From sequence record PP526941.1: a stretch of 64,000 nt of DNA. The stretch is one strand, 5' to 3'. Shown one piece after another: positions 17,848 to 26,651 of this stretch (positions are counted from its first letter, which is position 1; each line of letters opens with the position of its first letter). A program made the translations under genes and the position numbers. Under the pieces are notes generated by a model that was not told the DNA's origin, did not search any database, and worked only from the letters and a program-made list of their open reading frames with translations. Origin of the DNA: Escherichia phage vB_EcoM_ECO78.

Positions 17848-17945
17848 TACCTCCATTCACCAGTTTAATTCTAGTCATCTTTTTAATGGCAGTCCATATA
17901 ATCTATTTCTGAACTGCCTTTTTGTCATAGAAGTCCTCTTATGAA

Positions 17946-18914
17946 TTATTTCAGAAGAGTAACCTCAGCGATTTCTTCCCAACCGTTTTTGTCGGTCATA
18001 ATAAAGTCAGCAAGATAAAGAGCAGTACGCAGTGAAACATTACGTAAACGGTTAACATTGACTTTCATCCATGATAATGCTTTATAAGTTTCTTCATCAG
18101 AAAGACCGCGCTTTTGCATCATGTCAGTTGAAAGAATAACATCTTCAACCCTGACCATAATTTCTTCATTAGTGTGAACACCCAAATCCAAATAAACTGA
18201 GCGGGACACTAATGCTTGTAAATGTGGAGCAAGTTTAGTACCACGGTCTAATTCGCGGTCAATGTCAACGTTTGTGATAAAAACAATCGTTCCTTTAAAT
18301 TCAAACTCACGCTCAATGCCTTTTTCTTCTAAGTAAGAAGATGCAGTGCTCCAGCAGACTTTACGGGTCTCTCCAGTGTCCAGAGCAGCTTTCAGAAGAT
18401 TAAGAATGTCCATATCAGAGAAAACATCCACATCATCAATCAAAAGGACAGAATTCTCTTCACGATTATTCCAGAGCTGTTCATAAAGACCGATACCAGA
18501 GATTTTACCATTAATGCTTTTATACTCAATGTATCCAATATCATTTGCTTTATTTAAAGCTTTATCTAAAGAATACGTTTTACCAATACCTGCCGCACCA
18601 GAGATAATTAATGAACGAATGTTTCCGTTAATAATACCATTCGTCATCATTCCCATAACATTAAATCTTTTATTAATGCGGGTTTTCATATCTTCATATG
18701 ATTCTTTAACTTCTTCAACTTTTACACCATCATATGAAATGTCTGATTTGTAAACCCAAACACCGCGACGTTTACCGTCAATTTCAACAAAAACTTTACC
18801 ATCTCCTTGTGCATCTACCGGAGCATTATCTGGGAACCATTCACCTAAGAGCTCAAAAGTTCCAGAGATTTCTTTACCGAAGTAGATACCCTTATTGATA
18901 GTTACAGTTTTCAT
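17946..18914 (-). CDS. P-loop NTPase (AAA-like ATPase), 322 aa
   Basis: Walker A GAAGIGKT and Walker B VLLIDDVD; SD GGAG before ATG (MKTVTINKG...); track ORF begins at TTG. Confidence 0.7.
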   Translation of the reverse strand: MKTVTINKGIYFGKEISGTFELLGEWFPDNAPVDAQGDGKVFVEIDGKRRGVWVYKSDISYDGVKVEEVKESYEDMKTRINKRFNVMGMMTNGIINGNIRSLIISGAAGIGKTYSLDKALNKANDIGYIEYKSINGKISGIGLYEQLWNNREENSVLLIDDVDVFSDMDILNLLKAALDTGETRKVCWSTASSYLEEKGIEREFEFKGTIVFITNVDIDRELDRGTKLAPHLQALVSRSVYLDLGVHTNEEIMVRVEDVILSTDMMQKRGLSDEETYKALSWMKVNVNRLRNVSLRTALYLADFIMTDKNGWEEIAEVTLLK

Positions 18915-18948
18915 TTTATTCTCCAAATCCGTATCAGTTGATAGTTGT

Positions 18949-18978
18949 ATAGTACCATAAAGCTTTATGCTTGTAAAC
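18949..18978 (-). promoter_or_regulatory. Early promoter with conserved block
   Basis: Minus strand GTTTAC - 18 nt - TACTAT, then ACAACTATCAAC. Confidence 0.65.
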
Positions 18979-19002
18979 CGTTTTGTGAAAAATTTTTGAA
19001 AT

Positions 19003-19026
19003 AAAAAAGGGAGCCCGAAGGCTCCC
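19003..19026 (-). terminator. Rho-independent terminator (GGGAGCC-UUCG-GGCUCCC + U6)
   Basis: 7-bp GC stem, UUCG loop, U6 tail on minus transcript right after the NTase-fold gene. Confidence 0.7.
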
Positions 19027-19028
19027 TA

Positions 19029-20042
19029 TCATTTATAATAACTTCGGTGGTTTTCAAGATAGACCTTCTCAAGGAAGTCATCCCAAAAACCCATGTCCAC
19101 TTTTTGCTGCATACCGTTCTTAGAAGCTTCAGTAGATGCTGCTTCTACTTGATCGACCACATCTTCCAAAAACTCTTGAACGGTTTTAAATGGATGTTTA
19201 CCTAACTTCACGTCGAGAATAAATGGAGCGTCTTGAAGTGGATAAACCAAGTCACCAGTTTTGTAAATTTCCAATAGTTGAAGTCCACCACGACAAGCAT
19301 GGCTCAGAGCTTTCCAGTCAATGCCTTCATTGGCTTCGGCCTTACGAGCACGTTCGCCATATTCAGCATCTAATTTGTTCAGTGACTGCTTAAGCTCAAT
19401 AAGAGAAAGCGTTGTCTGATATTTACGACCCAACACTGTGTAAAACGTTTGTGGGCCTGTTTTCTCATGATTATGGAACACCCATTCACAGAATTCGTTT
19501 TCTGGAAGACGATGCTTAATATCTTCAACTTTAGTGCGACGCTGCTTAATAGAACCATCTTCTTGGTAATCAACCCATTGCTCAGGGATTTGATTAACTA
19601 CTTTCAATACATCACGTAATGCAGCCAAACGAGAACCCTTGACACCATATTTAGAGGCTTGTTTACGAACATACCCTAAATAGGATTTCATATTAGTTGT
19701 ATAGAAACGAGATCGGTTGTCTTGAATAAACTTCCACACATCAGGCAAATCAGATTTAACCACTAGTTCAGGTGGAGTGTGAAGCATATCTAATGCTACA
19801 GTTTCACCATCTGCTGCTAATTTAAAGAAATACTTAAGACTGTATAGTTCATGGTCAATATCATCTTTAGTGTTTTTAGATGATGTATTGTTAGTGTTTT
19901 TACTCATATGCTCTTTAACATTTCCGATAAGAATATCGCGAGCAGGAGGAACAAAGATTTCTTTAAAATCTACATCAGATTCTGGAGTAGAAGTTCCATA
20001 AAGATGACTACCAAAATAGCTTTTCATTACTGTTTTCATCAT
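19029..20042 (-). CDS. Nucleotidyltransferase-fold protein (Pol-beta superfamily-like), 337 aa
   Basis: N-terminal motif YFGSHLYGTSTPESDVDF (GS ... D.D signature); ATGA overlap with upstream gene. Confidence 0.7.
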   Translation of the reverse strand: MMKTVMKSYFGSHLYGTSTPESDVDFKEIFVPPARDILIGNVKEHMSKNTNNTSSKNTKDDIDHELYSLKYFFKLAADGETVALDMLHTPPELVVKSDLPDVWKFIQDNRSRFYTTNMKSYLGYVRKQASKYGVKGSRLAALRDVLKVVNQIPEQWVDYQEDGSIKQRRTKVEDIKHRLPENEFCEWVFHNHEKTGPQTFYTVLGRKYQTTLSLIELKQSLNKLDAEYGERARKAEANEGIDWKALSHACRGGLQLLEIYKTGDLVYPLQDAPFILDVKLGKHPFKTVQEFLEDVVDQVEAASTEASKNGMQQKVDMGFWDDFLEKVYLENHRSYYK

Positions 20043-20500
20043 TCAGCCTTATATTCAATAACAGGACATACTTTAGCTTTACGCGCTTTTAAAAATTCGA
20101 CGATAATAGATTTCTTGGGTTGAATAGGAGGTAAACCTTTATACGCCCTATCAATATTTTCTACATGTAAAGCATAATCCTTTTTCCATTTATAATCTTT
20201 ATATTTTTCATGCAGTTGTGTAGGAATAACAAATGAACCGATAATAAGTAAAACAAGAAAAATGGCAAGTATAAATGCTGATGGAATAAGAGTCCATAAA
20301 CTACCAAAAATAAGCCATTTCTGCATGATTTCTGCACAGATAATAGTTAGACCTGCGAGTATAGTACATCCGAAAAAAGAAACGAAAAATGTAGGGATAA
20401 CAATAGACCAAAAATATGCACACAGTGTCTTAGGTCGTTTCCATTCATCATTAAACAGTTTGAATAATTTATAGTGCCAAGAGTTTTCATTAATAATCAT
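20039..20500 (-). CDS. Integral membrane protein (153 aa)
   Basis: Two or more long hydrophobic segments. Confidence 0.6.
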   Translation of the reverse strand: MIINENSWHYKLFKLFNDEWKRPKTLCAYFWSIVIPTFFVSFFGCTILAGLTIICAEIMQKWLIFGSLWTLIPSAFILAIFLVLLIIGSFVIPTQLHEKYKDYKWKKDYALHVENIDRAYKGLPPIQPKKSIIVEFLKARKAKVCPVIEYKAE

Positions 20501-20502
20501 AA

Positions 20503-21024
20503 TTATCCTTTCATTGAAGGCGTAACGGTTGTTAAATATTTAATCATAGCTTCAGCTTCTGATTTCGATAATGAAATTTCTCCATTGTTTTGACGAATAG
20601 AAATAAAATCCGGATGACGGTCACCACCAGCTTTTAAAACACACATATAAGTATCAGTTTCACCTTCAATATTTGAAATGATTGAAGCAGTTCCACATGA
20701 ATGTGGTTTTTGATAAATCAATGCAGCTTTTCTTCCACCGTTTGACTGTTCATAAACTTTTAACACATCAAACAAATCGCTTCTTTTATCAATAGCTAAA
20801 ATGTTATTTTCATCTTCAATATTAAATCCTTCGGATACTTCATAAAGCGTTACCCATAAATCGCCAATGTCAATAACAGCATTTACTTTTCCATGACTTT
20901 CAAGAGCATTACAAATTTTCTTAATTTCATCATAACTCATTTTAATAATATCATCTCCTTGAATAAGGAAGATGTCATTTTTAAATTCAACACGAATTAA
21001 ACCACTTCCACTTGAAATAAACAT
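20503..21024 (-). CDS. Hypothetical protein (173 aa), paralog of next gene
   Basis: C-terminal motif SKSEAEAMIKYLTTVTPSM shared with 21031-21588 (TKDEAIALKTYLDSVIPTM). Confidence 0.6.
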   Translation of the reverse strand: MFISSGSGLIRVEFKNDIFLIQGDDIIKMSYDEIKKICNALESHGKVNAVIDIGDLWVTLYEVSEGFNIEDENNILAIDKRSDLFDVLKVYEQSNGGRKAALIYQKPHSCGTASIISNIEGETDTYMCVLKAGGDRHPDFISIRQNNGEISLSKSEAEAMIKYLTTVTPSMKG

Positions 21025-21030
21025 ATTTCC

Positions 21031-21588
21031 TCACTTTGAAATCATAGTTGGAATGACAGAATCAAGATAAGTCTTTAGCGCAATAGCTTCGTCTTTGGTA
21101 AATGTGACAATATGCGATCGAAAATCATCAATTTGACGAATAGTTAAGACATCTCCATCTTCATAACATTTTGATACGTTTAAAACAGTTTCATCATTCT
21201 GATTGCAAGCGTTAGTAATAATAGCATTGCAATTTTTAAACCATTTTAAACTATGTTTTCTTTCATTAGAATAATAAAAATATTTAATCTTATCTATAAA
21301 ACTGTCCCAATGAATAACTGATAGGCATATTGACTCGCTTTCAATATTAAATCCTGGGCATGAAGAATAAAAATGAATTTTATGCTCATCATTAATGCTT
21401 ACAATTTTATCAGTATAAGGATTTTCAATTTGGGTTAAATGAATGATTTCACTAGGCGTAAAATACATCATATCATCTTCTTGCGTCAAACGATACATAT
21501 TATTTACTTTTTCTATAGCTAATTCACCAAAAAGTAAACTAACTTCTAATACTAATCGTTTCATATTGATTCTCTTCGACTCACTCAC
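21031..21588 (-). CDS. Hypothetical protein (185 aa), paralog of previous gene
   Basis: GTG start with SD AAGGAG 9 nt upstream (ATG alternative at 21564); shared C-terminal motif. Confidence 0.55.
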   Translation of the reverse strand: MSESKRINMKRLVLEVSLLFGELAIEKVNNMYRLTQEDDMMYFTPSEIIHLTQIENPYTDKIVSINDEHKIHFYSSCPGFNIESESICLSVIHWDSFIDKIKYFYYSNERKHSLKWFKNCNAIITNACNQNDETVLNVSKCYEDGDVLTIRQIDDFRSHIVTFTKDEAIALKTYLDSVIPTMISK

Positions 21589-21723
21589 AATTACATACTC
21601 CTTTGAATAATATCAATAATGTTGTTCACCAAATTATAAGTAAACATTGGGTAATTATATTGAATCATCACATACACAACAAACAAAACTTTCATTCTCT
21701 TCTCCTTGGCAGTTGACAAGATT

Positions 21724-21753
21724 ACTATACCATAACCTTGCCAACTTGTAAAC
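21724..21753 (-). promoter_or_regulatory. Early promoter
   Basis: Minus strand GTTTAC - 18 nt - TATAGT. Confidence 0.6.
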
Positions 21754-21755
21754 CA

Positions 21756-21929
21756 TTAAATGACGTTTTCAATAAAATTCTGAAGCTTTGTGTGAGCATC
21801 AACCATGATTTTCATTTCTTCCTTTGCGAAAGCTGTACCTCTTTCTCGAGCAGAATACTCATAGTCAGAAACTGCATTAGCATATTCTTCAATTAGCTTC
21901 ATTAAAAACATCTGCTTTTCAGTTTTCAT
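21756..21929 (-). CDS. Possible small ORF (57 aa)
   Basis: ATG at 21929; not in ORF track; overlaps end of upstream ORF. Confidence 0.3.
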   Translation of the reverse strand: MKTEKQMFLMKLIEEYANAVSDYEYSARERGTAFAKEEMKIMVDAHTKLQNFIENVI

Positions 21930-22113
21930 TATTCCACCTAATCATTTCAAGATATTGAACTAACTTAGCTTTGGATTTATCCAAATCTCTTTTAGCTGCT
22001 TCTATACCGTCGTATGAATATCCTTCACAATGCTCAACTGCTAATTGATATGAATCTATTTCAATATCACGTGCTAATTTAATGATTTTTTCAAACTGTT
22101 CACGTGTTAGCAT
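21919..22113 (-). CDS. Hypothetical protein (64 aa)
   Basis: ORF. Confidence 0.5.
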   Translation of the reverse strand: MLTREQFEKIIKLARDIEIDSYQLAVEHCEGYSYDGIEAAKRDLDKSKAKLVQYLEMIRWNNEN

Positions 22114-22115
22114 AC

Positions 22116-22334
22116 TTAAACTCTCGTATTATGATCGATAATTTCATCAAGAAACATATCTAACGCTTCTACAGCATTATCAACTTTAGCTTCAAGTTCT
22201 TCAATACCTGATAAGGCAAAGTTAATTCGTTCCTCATCTGCTTTACGAATTAAAGCTACCAATTCCTTAATTTTATCAGCTTGTTCGATACTAATCATTA
22301 TTCCACCACATATGAAAGAGAGAATATTGCACAC
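22116..22334 (-). CDS. Hypothetical protein (72 aa)
   Basis: ORF. Confidence 0.5.
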
Positions 22335-22531
22335 GCCATGTGAGTTGCAACTTCATCACACATATTATAACGTTTCTTAAGAAGTTCTACAAGTTCTTCA
22401 CTAGTAACTTCATCCATGTCGACGAAAAAATCACCATTAATGATGACGTAGATATTTCCTTCTTGATTAAGTGCTTCAATTTTCATGATGTTCTCCTCTT
22501 TATCCGATGGTTGTATAGTACCACAGCTCAA
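22298..22531 (-). CDS. Hypothetical protein (77 aa)
   Basis: ORF downstream of early promoter. Confidence 0.5.
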
Positions 22532-22544
22532 ACGGAAAGTAAAC
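22515..22544 (-). promoter_or_regulatory. Early promoter
   Basis: Minus strand GTTTAC - 18 nt - TACTAT. Confidence 0.6.
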
Positions 22545-22554
22545 CGGTAAAATG

Positions 22555-22576
22555 AAAAAAGTCTCCCGAAGGAGAC
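22555..22576 (-). terminator. Rho-independent terminator (GUCUCC-UUCG-GGAGAC + U6)
   Basis: Hairpin plus U6 on minus transcript immediately after ORF 22582-22968. Confidence 0.7.
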
Positions 22577-22581
22577 TAATG

Positions 22582-22968
22582 TTATTCGAGGGAAAGAAGA
22601 TACTTACTCTGGTAAAACATTCCAGTAATATCATCTATCGTGCTTTGGATGGCTGGAGGCATTTCTTTATAAATGCTGTTAGATTGGTCTAGTATGTGAT
22701 CAATCATTTTAATTGTGTCGGTAGGAAGTTTACTGGCATCTGGAATTGAAGGTGTGTATTTTCTACCAGAATACCCCAAATATTGTTCACCAAATTTATC
22801 AATCAAATCTGGCAACTCGGAGAAAATAAAATCGTATGCTTTGTGTCTAGCATAATTTTTAGTTTCAAAATGTGCAGAATGAAAATAAGCTTGTGCAGCC
22901 ATTAATAAACCTAAGTATTCATCTGCCTTTGAAGGTTTTCCACTTTGTGAAAAGTCGCTGAATTTCAT
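22582..22968 (-). CDS. Hypothetical protein (128 aa)
   Basis: ORF; ATG overlaps rI stop. Confidence 0.6.
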
Positions 22969-23258
22969 TCAGTCTCCAATTTAATGTTCATAATTCTAGC
23001 GTATGATTGTGCCATCTCCGCGCCTCGCTCTATACATTCAAAATCAGAAGAGCACGGGTCATTTTTATAGGTCGTTCTCATAAAACTATAGAATTGTTCA
23101 GACGATTCTACGCTTTTATTTTCAAAAAGTGTATAAACGTGCCTAATACCAGATTCCATAAATTTATCAAAATGAGGATCGACATTCGCTTCAATCGATG
23201 GAGATAAAACAAATGACAATCCTAGCATGGCAAATAGTGCCGTTGCTTTTAAGGCCAT
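22965..23258 (-). CDS. rI: Lysis-inhibition regulator rI (periplasmic antiholin partner)
   Basis: 97 aa; signal peptide MALKATALFAMLGLSFVLSPSIEA; matches T4 RI by recall. Confidence 0.85.
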   Translation of the reverse strand: MALKATALFAMLGLSFVLSPSIEANVDPHFDKFMESGIRHVYTLFENKSVESSEQFYSFMRTTYKNDPCSSDFECIERGAEMAQSYARIMNIKLETE

Positions 23259-23270
23259 AAAGGCCTCCTA

Positions 23271-23483
23271 TCATTTTTGTCCTGTATTTACTTTATGCCG
23301 ATGCACGGCCTTAACTTTATCAAGGTATTTTTCAAAATTTCGCAATCTAGTATAGTCTGCCGGAGATTGGTTGAGTGATACTTCTCGACGCAAAGCTGAA
23401 ATGATATTTCCAACTTCCCTACGAATTTCATCTAATTGAAGCACAGTAAGATTGCGAAGTTGCTTTTCAGTTAATTGTAGCAT
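23271..23483 (-). CDS. Hypothetical protein (70 aa)
   Basis: ORF between tk and rI, preceded by TATAAATA. Confidence 0.5.
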
Positions 23484-23508
23484 ATATACCCCTTTAGTTA
23501 GATAAACC

Positions 23509-23516
23509 TATTTATA
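23509..23516 (-). promoter_or_regulatory. Late promoter TATAAATA
   Basis: Exact TATAAATA on minus strand about 25 nt upstream of ATG at 23483. Confidence 0.5.
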
Positions 23517-23525
23517 ACTTTTGCA

Positions 23526-24107
23526 CTAACCGAGCTTTTTAGTTAATTCATTCCAATGTTTTCTACACAAAGAAACATAAATTTCATCACCAATACAGAT
23601 TTGATTACCTTCTTTAACTGGTGTTCCATCTTCCATTAATCGAGCTGTCATAATCGCTTTTTTACCGCAATGACAAACTGCTTTTAGTTCAATAAGTTTA
23701 TCTGCAATCGCTAAAAGTTCTTTAGAACCTTCAAATAATTTTCCAGCGAAATCAGTCCTTAGCCCATAAGCCATAACAGGAACATTATATGTATCAACAA
23801 TTCGGCTTAATTGATGCACCTGTTCAGTTTTTAAAAACTGAGCTTCATCTACAAATACGCAATGAATATCTTTTTGTGCTTCAGCCCATTTATAGAACTC
23901 GAAAATATCCATATCATCTGTGATAATATTCGCTTCCTGTTTAATTCCAATGCGAGAAACGACTTCACAGACAGAGTCGCGAGTATCAATAGCAGGCTTA
24001 AGAACTAATACACTCATTCCGCGTTCTTTATAATTATGTGCAGCAGTCAAAAGAGAAGCAGATTTTCCAGCATTCATTGCTGCATAAGTAAAAATTAAAC
24101 TCGCCAT
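23526..24107 (-). CDS. tk: Thymidine kinase
   Basis: 193 aa; P-loop AAMNAGKS; C-terminal Cys cluster; matches T4 Tk length. Confidence 0.9.
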   Translation of the reverse strand: MASLIFTYAAMNAGKSASLLTAAHNYKERGMSVLVLKPAIDTRDSVCEVVSRIGIKQEANIITDDMDIFEFYKWAEAQKDIHCVFVDEAQFLKTEQVHQLSRIVDTYNVPVMAYGLRTDFAGKLFEGSKELLAIADKLIELKAVCHCGKKAIMTARLMEDGTPVKEGNQICIGDEIYVSLCRKHWNELTKKLG

Positions 24108-24116
24108 ATCACCTTC

Positions 24117-24323
24117 TTAAAGCGTATTCACATAAGCTATTAATTCGTTTTCTTTCTTATCAAACCGATCAGCAAATTCTTCTTGCTGTTCGGGAGATAT
24201 CGGGCCATATTCATCATAAAAGATGTTTGCTTCTGCATGCTCATCTAGAAGTTCATGGATAAGCTCAAACAATTTATCTTTTTGTTCTTTACTCAGACTC
24301 ATAACCATGTAACCTTTAAGCAA
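24117..24323 (-). CDS. Hypothetical acidic protein (68 aa)
   Basis: ORF. Confidence 0.45.
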   Translation of the reverse strand: MLKGYMVMSLSKEQKDKLFELIHELLDEHAEANIFYDEYGPISPEQQEEFADRFDKKENELIAYVNTL

Positions 24324-24511
24324 TATTCTTCTACATGCTGTTTACGACCTTTCTTATCAATAAAGGTATATTCAACGAATGTTCCAATGTAGTCTTTATC
24401 TACATCATGTAGACTATTAATTGGGCATTTAGTACGGCAAATGCGTTCCCATTGACGAATAATTTCTGCTTTGTTTTTAGGATCAAACGGATGCGGGTAA
24501 TGTATTTTCAT
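24299..24511 (-). CDS. Hypothetical protein (70 aa)
   Basis: ORF. Confidence 0.5.
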   Translation of the reverse strand: MKIHYPHPFDPKNKAEIIRQWERICRTKCPINSLHDVDKDYIGTFVEYTFIDKKGRKQHVEEYCLKVTWL

Positions 24512-24962
24512 AATCCACCACTATTAAATCAATATCAGGAGTAAACATGTCGATTAATTTAGAAACCTTATCCCAATCACCGCCAGCAATACCACAACCT
24601 ATGCGTGGAATGTAAATTACTGGTTTAAACAAAAGGGTTTCTGCCTGTAGATTTAATTCTATCATGCAGTTTACTAAAGCACCATAATCAAGATTAGGAC
24701 CTGGTTCGTATTGCGTATACAAGTTATAACATATGCCAAAACCATTAGGTTTATGTTTAAAAACAATAGACATATCACCGAGTTTTTCACGCGAACCATA
24801 TTCAGTTGTGGTCTTATCTATTTCTAAAATTTTGGGATAGGCTCTTGCTAATTGACCAGCTACACCACTACCCATTGTATGAAAACAATTGCACCCGTGC
24901 GCAATAATATTACCTTCAAGAAAGAGGGCGACAATATCGCCCTTGATATATTTTACAATCAT
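24483..24962 (-). CDS. Macro-domain protein (ADP-ribose binding/hydrolase-like), 159 aa
   Basis: Motifs GDIV ... NIIAHGCNCFHTMGSGVAGQLARAYP and IPRIGCGIAGGDW resemble macrodomain signature; ATGA coupling. Confidence 0.7.
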   Translation of the reverse strand: MIVKYIKGDIVALFLEGNIIAHGCNCFHTMGSGVAGQLARAYPKILEIDKTTTEYGSREKLGDMSIVFKHKPNGFGICYNLYTQYEPGPNLDYGALVNCMIELNLQAETLLFKPVIYIPRIGCGIAGGDWDKVSKLIDMFTPDIDLIVVDYENTLPASV

Positions 24963-25306
24963 CTAGTACTCAATCCTCGATTATAAGAATCTACCAAACG
25001 GTCAACCATTGAATGACAAGCGGCTTTATCTTTCTCCTCCGCAACTGAACATTCTAACGTATTCCACTTTTTAGCATATCGTTTTAATAATGTATCGTTT
25101 TTGTATCTGCTTGATTTATCTCTTTCTCCATCTTTATATGCATATATTAATTTCTGTGCAAATTCAGCTTGGCATGCTTTATTTTTCCCACAATAATCTG
25201 CCGCAGTGCGGTTTGCATATTCTCTAATTTCAGTATATGATGTATCTGCTGACGCAGAAGCAGAAAATGAAATTAATCCTATACATAAAACCAAAATTTT
25301 AGTCAT
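24959..25306 (-). CDS. Secreted small protein (115 aa); vs position
   Basis: Signal peptide MTKILVLCIGLISFSASASA; Cys-containing mature part. Confidence 0.55.
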   Translation of the reverse strand: MTKILVLCIGLISFSASASADTSYTEIREYANRTAADYCGKNKACQAEFAQKLIYAYKDGERDKSSRYKNDTLLKRYAKKWNTLECSVAEEKDKAACHSMVDRLVDSYNRGLSTR

Positions 25307-25844
25307 TTACTATTTCCAAAAGTTTATTATTTTTAAGGTAATTAGCCTTTTCTAGGACTTCAGAAGCATATTTAGAACCTGCTTTAACATTCCATCCCGA
25401 ATTATAAGAGGATATTGCTTTTCTTATATCGCCCTTATGTATATTTAACCAATAAGAAAGTTCAATGTACGCCCAGGAAGCTGAATTGGATCGTTTATTC
25501 AACATTCTTTTTATTTCAGCATCGGTCATATTATAACCAAGTTCCTTAACTCTTGCTCGCATAGTAGGCAAATAATTTTGGAACATTCCGTAGGCGTGGT
25601 GCTTTGGTTTAGATTTTAAATTAACTCCGCCAGAGCTTTCTTGCCATAAAATAGCAGCCATTATATGACCCAATCCGCTCTTGTGGATATTTTTATGTGT
25701 TTTATATTTTCCATCCTTAGAAAATTGTTCCCCGAATTGATACGCGTAACGCATGTTATCGAGTTGGACATTACTGAAAGTATGCTCGGAGCTATGCGCC
25801 ATCATTGAAATGGCCAATAGACCAGCGAGTAGTGCTTTTCTCAT
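25299..25844 (-). CDS. Secreted lytic-transglycosylase-like protein (SLT domain)
   Basis: Signal peptide; SLT-like motifs AILWQESSG and YGMFQ. Confidence 0.65.
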   Translation of the reverse strand: MRKALLAGLLAISMMAHSSEHTFSNVQLDNMRYAYQFGEQFSKDGKYKTHKNIHKSGLGHIMAAILWQESSGGVNLKSKPKHHAYGMFQNYLPTMRARVKELGYNMTDAEIKRMLNKRSNSASWAYIELSYWLNIHKGDIRKAISSYNSGWNVKAGSKYASEVLEKANYLKNNKLLEIVND

Positions 25845-25851
25845 GCTTACC

Positions 25852-26313
25852 TCATTGAGTTTTAATTACTGCTTTAGAAGCCTTTCCTGGTAAACGACGA
25901 CTGTTGATAATTGCCATCCTACATTGAAGTGACGGGTCTTTGAACTTCTCGTTAGGTTTACAAACTGTAAATCCGAGCCAAAGATTTCCATCTGTGATTT
26001 CTAAACGTCCAGGGCGATATTCAACCCCATCAATAAAATCCTCGTCAATGTCAGGACGCGGAGGCATACTCAGGAATTCATTAACTTCTAAAACATGGTC
26101 TTTTATTTTGTGGAATAATTCAAAAACGTATGTCTCATCAATCTCCCGTTGAATTGCACGATCAAGAAGATGCTGAGAATATTTTAGATGAAACGATGAG
26201 ACTCCTGCTGCTTTTGATGCCTCACGAATCTCATTGTTAATTTGACGAAACTCCGACTCAAAGTGACGACGAAGCTTATTTCGACGGATAAAAACTTCTG
26301 TATTGATAGTCAT
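25852..26313 (-). CDS. regB: Endoribonuclease RegB
   Basis: 153 aa, same length and position as T4 RegB; sequence recalled as RegB-like. Confidence 0.8.
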   Translation of the reverse strand: MTINTEVFIRRNKLRRHFESEFRQINNEIREASKAAGVSSFHLKYSQHLLDRAIQREIDETYVFELFHKIKDHVLEVNEFLSMPPRPDIDEDFIDGVEYRPGRLEITDGNLWLGFTVCKPNEKFKDPSLQCRMAIINSRRLPGKASKAVIKTQ

Positions 26314-26340
26314 GTTATTCTCCTCTTAACTGATAGAAAA

Positions 26341-26370
26341 ATTATACCACAGTCAAGAGGAAAAGTAAAC
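26341..26370 (-). promoter_or_regulatory. Early promoter upstream of regB
   Basis: Minus strand GTTTAC - 18 nt - TATAAT; SD GAGGAG before regB ATG. Confidence 0.65.
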
Positions 26371-26372
26371 AA

Positions 26373-26651
26373 TTATTCTTTAAATCTAATCAATTTATTC
26401 ATAGACTTTGAAACTTCTGCACGAACCTCATGTAGATTTTTGAGCTGTTCAAGACGTTGCTCATAGTAAGCAATTTCATCTTCTTCAAGACAGTCCTGTG
26501 AATCTTCTTTAAGATAACGTGCATAGTCCTGAAAAGCGTTACGAACTACTTCCTGGAAATCATCAAGACTTTGAATTTTCTTAGGAGCAGCAGATACACG
26601 ACGAGGGGCAGTATAATACTCATAACCAAACCCTGCGCTTAATTGAGCCAT
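26373..26651 (-). CDS. Hypothetical protein (about 92 aa)
   Basis: Internal ATG start ([12 protein letters not shown]...) abutting upstream stop. Confidence 0.5.
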   Translation of the reverse strand: MAQLSAGFGYEYYTAPRRVSAAPKKIQSLDDFQEVVRNAFQDYARYLKEDSQDCLEEDEIAYYEQRLEQLKNLHEVRAEVSKSMNKLIRFKE

